64,000 bases of DNA from an uncultured bacterium (GTDB lineage: Bacteria > Acidobacteriota > Vicinamibacteria > Vicinamibacterales > Vicinamibacteraceae), in NCBI GenBank assembly GCA_966211945.1, contig CBIHOS010000005.1:13665-77664 (forward strand). Direction: 5' to 3'. The translations under genes and the position numbers were made by a program. Position 1 is the first letter of the stretch. Each line of letters opens with the position of its first letter. Shown in pieces: positions 57,112-64,000 of the stretch. The notes beneath the pieces were generated by a model. The model was not told the origin of the DNA and ran no database searches. It saw only the letters and a program-made list of their open reading frames with translations.

Positions 57112-58136
57112 GAGGGGGTGACGACGTCCTGGGCGATGACGTGCAGGGTGGCGCCGCGGCGGCACGCGGCGCCGAAGTGGAGCGCGATGATCACGCCGTC
57201 GCGATGCGCGGTGATCGGGATGGGCGCCGAGGCGTGGTCCTCGAACTGGTGCAGGCGGCCGAGGAGATCGCCGGCACGCACGTCCTGGCCTACGCCGACG
57301 ACCGGCTCCCAGATGCCGTCGGCAGGACAGGGCACGTAGTCGGCCAGGTCGGGCGCCTGCACGACGCGCGGTGACGTCGCGCGGCCCGCATCGACGCGCA
57401 CGATTGGCCCCGCCAGCGCCCCCGCGTGGCGGAGGACGTTGCGGACGCCTTCGTAGGCGTGCGCGACGCCGCGGACGCTGGCGCCCTCGCCGAACCCGAA
57501 CTCGCCGCCGATCGCGATCCGGCCCTCGTCCTCGGCCTCGTCGGTCAGCAGCCCCGACGCCATCGACCGCGCGTAGAGATAGACGAACGGCGTGTCGAAC
57601 AACCGAGCCACCGCAATGGCAGCGGCCTGCCGCACCGGATCGGCCATCGGGTGCAGCGACGTGCAGATCGGGAACGATGCTTCGCGGCCGCCGGCGTGCA
57701 GGTCGATGACGATGCCGGCGTGCGGGAAGACGCGGTGCTTGACGAAGTGCGCGATGCGGCGCGAGAGGGTGCCCCGCGCCTCGCCCGGGAATGCCCGGTT
57801 CATGTTGACGCCATCGTCGGGCGCCGCCCGTGTGTGAGCCGCGCACGCGCGTTCGCTGAGCTGCGGCATCAGGATCACGCGGCCCGACATCTCCGCGGGA
57901 TCGAGGTCGTGGCAGAGCCGCTTCACGACGATCTGTCCCTCGTACTCGTTGCCGTGCGTGCCGCCGAACACGGCGACGCCGATCGGGGTGGACGGCGCGG
58001 CGCGCAGGCCGTTGATCACCGTGATCGGCACGAGCGAGAAGCCCCAACTGCCATCGAGGTGGAACGCGGCCCTGTAGTGATGCTTCCCGGGCCTGGTGAA
58101 ATCGATCGCGGCCGGGTCGATCGTCGCGGACGTCAC
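57108..58136 (-). CDS. Succinylglutamate desuccinylase/aspartoacylase (AstE/AspA) family deacylase
   Basis: GGTHGNEYEG, NMNRAFPG, IDLHAGG, C-terminal biotinyl-like VGQDVRAGDLLG. Confidence 0.85.
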   Translation of the reverse strand: MTSATIDPAAIDFTRPGKHHYRAAFHLDGSWGFSLVPITVINGLRAAPSTPIGVAVFGGTHGNEYEGQIVVKRLCHDLDPAEMSGRVILMPQLSERACAAHTRAAPDDGVNMNRAFPGEARGTLSRRIAHFVKHRVFPHAGIVIDLHAGGREASFPICTSLHPMADPVRQAAAIAVARLFDTPFVYLYARSMASGLLTDEAEDEGRIAIGGEFGFGEGASVRGVAHAYEGVRNVLRHAGALAGPIVRVDAGRATSPRVVQAPDLADYVPCPADGIWEPVVGVGQDVRAGDLLGRLHQFEDHASAPIPITAHRDGVIIALHFGAACRRGATLHVIAQDVVTPS

Positions 58137-58202
58137 GGTCGATGAGTCTACTGCGCGGCCGCCCACACAGCCGAGCCGTAGTGGCGGCCGTCGTCGGGTC
58201 TC

Positions 58203-58221
58203 GTCCAGTCGGCTGGACACG
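58203..58221. promoter_or_regulatory. Third copy of the operator (GTCCA-gtcgg-CTGGACACG)
   Basis: Identical to 43380-43398 outside the 5-nt spacer; between divergent AstE and lactonase genes. Confidence 0.62.
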
Positions 58222-58281
58222 ACACGGCGTGAAACCGTCGAGCGCGGCGCGTCGTGGCCGTCGGGTGAGTACGCTCGCCAC

Positions 58282-59439
58282 ATGGCGTTCTGGTCCGGGT
58301 TGTCGTTGGCGGTCGGTGCGGTTGCACTCGCGGCCGCCGCGGGGCGTGGTGCGGCGCCTCACGTTCGGCTGTCCCTCTACGTGGGTACCTACACCGACGG
58401 CGACAGCCGCGGCATCTACCTGATCGATCTCGACCTGGCGTCGTCGTCGTTCTCCGCGCCCAGGCTGGTGGCCGAGGCCGTCAACCCGACGTTCCTGGCG
58501 TGGCACCCGTCGTTGCCGGTGCTGTTCTCCGTGAGCGAGACCGACACCGTCGGACCCGATCGCGCCGGCGCGGTGCTCTCCTACCGCGTCGGATCGGACG
58601 GCGGGCTCACACCCCTCGGTCAAGCGTCGACCGGCGGCGCTGGAGCCTGTCAACTGTCGCTGGACGCCGCGGGAACGTATGCGCTCGTGGCCAACTACGG
58701 CGCCGGGAGCGTGGCGGTGCTCGGCGTCGACGCCGACGGCCGGGTGGTCGAGCCTGCGCGGGTCTACCCTCACACCGGCCGCGGACCGCATCCGACCAGG
58801 CAGACCCGGCCGCACGCGCATGCCATCCAGGTCGCGCCGGGCGGACGGTTCGTGCTGGCAGCCGACCTCGGCACCGACGCCCTGATGGTCTACCGGTGGG
58901 ATCCGCATGCCGGTCGGCTCACGCCACACGAGCCGGCAGTGGTGAAGGGCCGTCCCGGCGCCGGCCCGCGCCACGTCGCGTTCCACCCGGACGGGCAGAC
59001 CGCGTTCGTCGTCAACGAGCTGAACTCGACGGTGACCACTTACGCGTGGGACGGCGAGCACGGCACGCTGCGGGCCGTGTCCGAGGCGTCGACGCTACCG
59101 AGCGGGTGGACCGGCGAGAACACGACGGCGGAGGTCGAAGTGCACCCGTCGGGACGTTTCGTGTACGCCTCCAATCGCGGCCACGACAGCATCGCGATCT
59201 TCGCCGTCCAGGCCGATCGATCGCTGGTGCCGATCGGCATCCATCCGACCGGTGGCCGCACCCCTCGGCACTTCGCCCTCGACCCGACCGGTGCCTTCCT
59301 GCTCGTCGCCAACCAGGAGTCGGACACCATCGCCCTCGTCCGTGTGGACGCGAACTCCGGTGCCCTGACCGACACCGGTGCCCGTGCCTCGGTGCCTGCG
59401 CCGGTCTTCGTCGGCTTCCGTCCGTCGCCGATCCGCTGA
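58282..59439 (+). CDS. Lactonase of the 6-phosphogluconolactonase (Pgl/YbhE) beta-propeller family, probably exported
   Basis: YVGTYT, ANYGAGS, PHAHAI, GPRHVAFHP, YASNRGHDSIA, PRHFALDP; N-terminal hydrophobic leader. Confidence 0.88.
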   Translation: MAFWSGLSLAVGAVALAAAAGRGAAPHVRLSLYVGTYTDGDSRGIYLIDLDLASSSFSAPRLVAEAVNPTFLAWHPSLPVLFSVSETDTVGPDRAGAVLSYRVGSDGGLTPLGQASTGGAGACQLSLDAAGTYALVANYGAGSVAVLGVDADGRVVEPARVYPHTGRGPHPTRQTRPHAHAIQVAPGGRFVLAADLGTDALMVYRWDPHAGRLTPHEPAVVKGRPGAGPRHVAFHPDGQTAFVVNELNSTVTTYAWDGEHGTLRAVSEASTLPSGWTGENTTAEVEVHPSGRFVYASNRGHDSIAIFAVQADRSLVPIGIHPTGGRTPRHFALDPTGAFLLVANQESDTIALVRVDANSGALTDTGARASVPAPVFVGFRPSPIR

Positions 59440-59500
59440 ACCCGTGCGCGCGCACCGCTCAGCACAGCCGCACCCCGGTCCACGTTAGACTCTGTGCGGC

Positions 59501-59995
59501 ATGGCAGATGCGGCTCATCCACTCGTTGGCGTCATCATGGGCAGCCGCTCCGACTGGGACACCATGCGCGAGGCGACGCTGGTCCTCGAGCAGTTCGGCG
59601 TTCCGTTCGAGGCGCGGGTCGTGTCGGCCCATCGCACGCCCGATCTCATGCGCGAGTACGCGAACGAGGCGGAAGCCCGCGGCCTCGAAGTGATCATCGC
59701 CGGTGCCGGCGGCGCTGCGCACCTGCCCGGCATGGTCGCGGCGCAGACGCTGGTACCGGTGATTGGCGTCCCCGTGCAGAGCCGCGCCCTCAACGGCCTC
59801 GACTCCCTCCTGTCGATCGTCCAGATGCCCGGCGGCGTGCCCGTCGCGACGATGGCGATCGGGACGGCCGGCGCCCGCAACGCCGGGCTGTTCGCCGTCG
59901 AGATGGTGGCCGTCCGTCGCCCGGACGTGCGGGAGCGGCTGCGCACCTTCCGGCAAGAGCAGGAGCACAAGGTGCGCACCGAGCCGCTGGCGTGA
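59501..59995 (+). CDS. purE: N5-carboxyaminoimidazole ribonucleotide mutase
   Basis: [40 protein letters not shown]. Confidence 0.97.
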   Translation: MADAAHPLVGVIMGSRSDWDTMREATLVLEQFGVPFEARVVSAHRTPDLMREYANEAEARGLEVIIAGAGGAAHLPGMVAAQTLVPVIGVPVQSRALNGLDSLLSIVQMPGGVPVATMAIGTAGARNAGLFAVEMVAVRRPDVRERLRTFRQEQEHKVRTEPLA

Positions 59996-61131
59996 CTGCG
60001 CCAATCCTTCCCGGCGCCACGGTGGGCGTGCTCGGCAGCGGTCAGCTCGGGCGGATGTTCGCGATCGCGGCCCGGCGGCTCGGCTATCGCGTGCACACCT
60101 TCTCGCCCGACCAGGACTCGCCGACCGGCCAGGTGGCCGACCACGAGATCACCGCGTCGTACGACGACCTGACGGCGGTTGCGGCGTTCGCGCGCGACGT
60201 GCGCGCCGTGACCTTCGAGTTCGAGAACGTGCCGTCGGCGACTGTCGACGCGCTCGGCGGCGCCGTCGTCGTTCGACCGTCGGGGCGCGTGTTGCACACG
60301 ACGCAGCATCGCGTCCGCGAGAAGCAGTTCCTCGTCTCGGCCGGCCTGCCGGTTGCGCCCTTCGCTGTCGTCTCGACCCGTGGCGACATCGAGCGCGGGC
60401 TGGCGCGGGTCGGCGTGCCGGCGATCCTGAAGACGGCGAGCTTCGGCTACGACGGCAAGGGGCAGGTGCGTGTCACGCACGTCGACAACGGGCCGCCCGC
60501 CTGGACGGTCATCGGCGAGCGCCCGGCAGTGCTCGAAGCTGTCGTCGACTTCACCTGCGAGATCTCGGTCGTGGTGGCGCGCGGGCACGACGGCGCCACC
60601 GTGGACTACGGCGCGATCGAGAACGCGCACCGCAATCACATCCTCGACGTCTCCGTCTGGCCGGCTCGCGTGCCCGAGCAGGTCGCGCAGCGGGCGCGCG
60701 CGATTGCCCGGCAGGCCTGCGAGGCGCTCGATGTCGTCGGCGTGCTGTGCGTCGAGATGTTCGTGACCGCGGGCGGCGACGTGATCGTCAACGAGCTGGC
60801 GCCACGGCCGCACAATTCCGGGCACCTCACGATCGACGCGCATGCGACCTGTCAGTTCGAACAGCAGCTGCGTGCGGTGTGCGGCTTGCCGCTCGGCTCG
60901 ACGCGGGCGCACGGGCCGGCGGCGGCGATGGCCAACCTGCTGGGCGACGAGTGGGGCCGGGGGGAACCGGACTGGGCGGCCGCCCTGGCGATGCCTGGCG
61001 TCGAGTTGCACCTGTACGGCAAGTCCGAGCCCCGCCGCGGCCGCAAGATGGGGCACCTCACCGCGCTCGCGGACTCGCCTGACGCGGCCGAAGCTCTCGT
61101 CCGCGAGGCACGGGCTGCCCTGACCCGATAG
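59992..61131 (+). CDS. purK: N5-carboxyaminoimidazole ribonucleotide synthase
   Basis: [40 protein letters not shown]...RKMGH. Confidence 0.96.
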   Translation: MTAPILPGATVGVLGSGQLGRMFAIAARRLGYRVHTFSPDQDSPTGQVADHEITASYDDLTAVAAFARDVRAVTFEFENVPSATVDALGGAVVVRPSGRVLHTTQHRVREKQFLVSAGLPVAPFAVVSTRGDIERGLARVGVPAILKTASFGYDGKGQVRVTHVDNGPPAWTVIGERPAVLEAVVDFTCEISVVVARGHDGATVDYGAIENAHRNHILDVSVWPARVPEQVAQRARAIARQACEALDVVGVLCVEMFVTAGGDVIVNELAPRPHNSGHLTIDAHATCQFEQQLRAVCGLPLGSTRAHGPAAAMANLLGDEWGRGEPDWAAALAMPGVELHLYGKSEPRRGRKMGHLTALADSPDAAEALVREARAALTR

Positions 61132-61156
61132 GTAGGGACGCGCCGCCGGCGCGTCC
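61132..61156. repeat. GTAG REP
   Basis: GTAGGGACGCGCCGCCGGCGCGTCC directly after the purK stop. Confidence 0.6.
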
Positions 61157-61226
61157 GATCTCGTCCCAACGGACATCACAGGGACAACCGTCTGCAGCGC
61201 GCGGCGCGGATGCCGATTCCTCCGAG

Positions 61227-61961
61227 ATGACGTCCGCGCCGCTGTCGCCGACCACGATGTGCCCGGGCTGCGGGTACGCCATGGATTCGGTCGGGCTGGC
61301 TGCACGCTACGGGCGTGTGGTGCAGGTCGACGTCTGCGACGGCTGCGGGGGGCTCTGGTTCGACCATCTGGAGAGCCAGCAACTCACACCAGGCGCGACG
61401 CTGCGCCTGCTCGAGCGCCTGACGTTGACGCCGACGCGGGCGCTCCAGCACCGCTCGCCGTGTCCACGTTGCCGGCTGACGCTGGCCGACGTGCACGACC
61501 AGCAGCGCGGCACCCGCTTCAGCTACCGCCGCTGCCCGTCGGGCCACGGCCGGTTCATCACGGCCTATCACTTCCTGCGCGAGAAGCACCTCGTGCGCGA
61601 GCTCACCACCCTCGAGATCGCGGAGGTGCGGGCCCGAGTCCAGCAGGTCAACTGCGTCAACTGCGGTGCGCCTGTGAACCTGTCGGGCGCCGTGGCCTGC
61701 GGCCACTGCGCGACGCCGATCTCGATGGTCGACCCGCAGCAGTTGCGCCGCGAGCTCGACACCCTGGCGCGGGCCGACACGCGCGATCAGTCAGTCGACC
61801 CGACGTTGCCGATCCGCTTGATGCGGGAGCGCGCCGCCGCCGAGCGTACATGGGCCGGCCTCGCGGGCGACAAGTCGTGGATCGAACAAGTGCTGGGGGC
61901 CGACGGCACCGACGGGATCGCCAGCGCCGCGATCCGGCTGCTGTCCACCCGCGTCGGATGA
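61227..61961 (+). CDS. Multi-zinc-ribbon (zf-TFIIB-like) protein
   Basis: CPGC...DVCDGCGGLWFD, CPRC...RCPSGHG, CVNCG...CGHC. Confidence 0.72.
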   Translation: MTSAPLSPTTMCPGCGYAMDSVGLAARYGRVVQVDVCDGCGGLWFDHLESQQLTPGATLRLLERLTLTPTRALQHRSPCPRCRLTLADVHDQQRGTRFSYRRCPSGHGRFITAYHFLREKHLVRELTTLEIAEVRARVQQVNCVNCGAPVNLSGAVACGHCATPISMVDPQQLRRELDTLARADTRDQSVDPTLPIRLMRERAAAERTWAGLAGDKSWIEQVLGADGTDGIASAAIRLLSTRVG

Positions 61962-62007
61962 GTGATCGCAGCACCCGCGACCATGCGATCAGCGAGCCGG
62001 AGGCACG

Positions 62008-63387
62008 TCACGCGTCCATGTCGCCGGCCAGGGGATCCGACGTCACGTGGCAGCCACGGCGCGCCGACTGGTCGAGCAGGTCGAGCACCCGTTCCTGCTG
62101 GAGCAGCGTCATGCCGAGTCGCTGCGACGACACACCGGCGCGCAGCCGGTAGTCGAAGGACAGCTGGTCGTCTCGCACCTCGGCGGCGAAATGGAGCAGG
62201 GCGACCCGGGTGTCGTCGCCAAGTGGTGTCGCGAGTTCGGCCAGGTGCGACGCCACGAAGACCAGCGCGCCGGGATGCGACGCCAGCCGCGTGATCACGG
62301 CCAGCGTGCCCTCTGCCGCATCGTGTGCGTTGGTGCCGCGAAACGGTTCGTCGATCACGGCGACTGCCGACCCGTGGTCCGACAGGGATCGGGCAAGCGC
62401 CGCGATACGACGCACCTCGGCGAGGTAGAAGCTCTCGCCGGCAGCGAGGTTGTCGCTGATGTCGATGCTGGAGAAGACCGTGCCGACCGCCGGAAACTCG
62501 AAGGCGTCTGCCGGCACGCCACACCCGGCATGCGCCAGGATCGTGGACAGTGCAACGGCCTTCAGAAACGTCGACTTCCCCGCCATGTTCGGCCCCGTGA
62601 CGAAACACACCCGCACGCGGTCGTCCAGTTGCAGGTCGTTGGCGACCGCGTTGGCCCCGAGCAATGGATGCACGAGTCTCGTCACGCGCAGCCGGGAGGA
62701 CGGCCGGGGATAGGACCACCCGTGTTCACGCGTGGCGATGCCCATGCTCGAGAGGGCGTCGATCTGCCCCACGCACTCGAGGAGTCCCGCGATCCGCGGC
62801 CTTGCGTCGCCGCGTGCTAGTTGGTCGAACTGCTGCAGGCGACCGGAGCGCTGCTGAGTGAGGGGCTGGAGCCGCCGTATCTCCGGCGAGTCCAGCAGGG
62901 CTGCGAGCTCCCCGGCGATGCCCGCGAGCAACGCATTGCCAGGATCCGCGAGGCGCTGGCGCAGGGCGGCTGCGGCGACGAGGCAGCGCGCCATGCTTGT
63001 CTGCCCCTGGCCGACATCCTTCAGGTACTGGCGATGCCACGCGCGCAGGCGCGACATGGCGGGCATGTCGGCGGGCAGCTGCCATGTCGATCCCAGGTAG
63101 GCCTCGACGCGGTCGGCGTCGCTGCCGTCCAGCATGGCGCGGAAGGCGCGCTCGTCATCCGCGAGGAGGCGGTGCGCCTGCTGCAGGGACAGGATGGCTT
63201 CGGCCAGGCGCGGCGGGCCAACGAGTCGATCGCGCAGCAGCTGCCGCCCGATGCGTGTGCGCGTCCGATCGACCAGGCTCCACAAGGTCGTGCCGTCTCG
63301 CCGCGCCGTCGTCAGCACATCGAGATCCTGCAGCGTGCTGGCGTCGATGAACAGGCGCTGCGCCTCCGCCGGTGTCGCGGCTGTCAC
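62008..63387 (-). CDS. MutS-related ATPase (domain III fragment + domain V only)
   Basis: VTGPNMAGKSTFLK, AGESFYLAEV, IDEPFRGTN, FDYRLRAGVS; no mismatch-binding domain I. Confidence 0.8.
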   Translation of the reverse strand: MTAATPAEAQRLFIDASTLQDLDVLTTARRDGTTLWSLVDRTRTRIGRQLLRDRLVGPPRLAEAILSLQQAHRLLADDERAFRAMLDGSDADRVEAYLGSTWQLPADMPAMSRLRAWHRQYLKDVGQGQTSMARCLVAAAALRQRLADPGNALLAGIAGELAALLDSPEIRRLQPLTQQRSGRLQQFDQLARGDARPRIAGLLECVGQIDALSSMGIATREHGWSYPRPSSRLRVTRLVHPLLGANAVANDLQLDDRVRVCFVTGPNMAGKSTFLKAVALSTILAHAGCGVPADAFEFPAVGTVFSSIDISDNLAAGESFYLAEVRRIAALARSLSDHGSAVAVIDEPFRGTNAHDAAEGTLAVITRLASHPGALVFVASHLAELATPLGDDTRVALLHFAAEVRDDQLSFDYRLRAGVSSQRLGMTLLQQERVLDLLDQSARRGCHVTSDPLAGDMDA

Positions 63388-64000
63388 TTCGCCCGCCCGA
63401 GGGTTTGTCCGCGATGGACGACGACCGGTGAACCTGTGGCGACGAAAGCCGAGCGCGGCGCGGCCGACAGCGCTGCCGCCAGGTGCGGCCCGTACTGCGC
63501 GACGGCAGGCCCACGGAACCAGCAGTCATCTGCGGACCAGACATCCCACGGCCGATGCTCCACCTGGTACTCCAGCGTCGTGCCATCGCGTTGGCGCGTG
63601 TAGCCCCAGTAGTGCTCCGTGATGAATTCGGCATCCGAACCCGCGGCCGGCGGCGCCGCGGCTCCGCCGACCCGCGCGCCGAGTTCGAACTCCGCGCCGA
63701 GATGCGTCCAGCCGTAGCGGACCGTGCCGCCGTGTTCCGCGCGCAGTGAAGTCTCGTGACGCATCGGCACGGCCAGGTACGGCTCGTTGTAGGCGATCCG
63801 CGCCGCCGCGGCAATCGCGGTCCGCGGCACGAGTTCGCGGATGAACACGACGGCCCGTCGGAGTTCAGGGTCGTGGCGCCGGACGTAGAAGCGCAGGTTC
63901 ACTTCCTCGAAGGTCCGGTGGAACGGTACCGGCACGCCGAACAGGCGTGTGTCGACGAACATGAAGCCGACCAGGCTGACGAGCGCCTCGCCGTCCCACG
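63384..64000 (-). CDS. YqjF/DUF2071-family protein, 5'-truncated by the window edge
   Basis: WDGEALVSLVGF, FEEVNLRFYV, FITEHYWGY, YQVEHRPW; frame stays open to 64000. Confidence 0.85.
   Translation of the reverse strand, partial: WDGEALVSLVGFMFVDTRLFGVPVPFHRTFEEVNLRFYVRRHDPELRRAVVFIRELVPRTAIAAAARIAYNEPYLAVPMRHETSLRAEHGGTVRYGWTHLGAEFELGARVGGAAAPPAAGSDAEFITEHYWGYTRQRDGTTLEYQVEHRPWDVWSADDCWFRGPAVAQYGPHLAAALSAAPRSAFVATGSPVVVHRGQTLGRAK

Overview
High-GC bacterial window with no rRNA, tRNA, CRISPR array, integrase or transposase that I could recognise. The PadR + duplicated orphan ABC permease, Oar-like TonB receptor, secreted DinB protein and intergenic heptamer/GTAG-REP repeats point to Acidobacteriota (Vicinamibacteria/Luteitalea-like); this is an inference. 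In order, the window holds: an IlvD-family sugar-acid dehydratase and a GntP permease; a DUF4011-helicase-Vsr-like (Hhe-type) gene; two tandem secreted paralogues; a sufBCDSUT operon with a sigma70 promoter overlapped by an IscR-type-1-like operator; DinB, PadR-ADOP and a ChbG/YdjC deacetylase; and two RoxA-like diheme cytochromes flanking an Old Yellow Enzyme. The main finding is a tightly coupled ~15 kb, 8-gene operon (26860-42085). It encodes a subtilase, an HExxH zincin-like protein, a CHAT protease fused to a degenerate STAND NTPase, a large intact STAND NTPase with a membrane hairpin and a pseudo-CHAT domain, an unknown protein, a metacaspase, an EAD1-trypsin-TM protein and a lipoprotein. 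This looks like a multi-protease conflict/cell-death system. After it come an IclR-linked glycan/sugar-acid utilisation cluster whose three divergent promoter regions share a GTCCA-N6-TGGA(C/A) palindrome, then purEK, a zinc-ribbon protein, a MutS-V-only ATPase and a truncated YqjF gene. Start codons were re-picked by eye; many long ORFs in the supplied track are GC-rich shadow frames. Family assignments come from motif recognition, not database searches.
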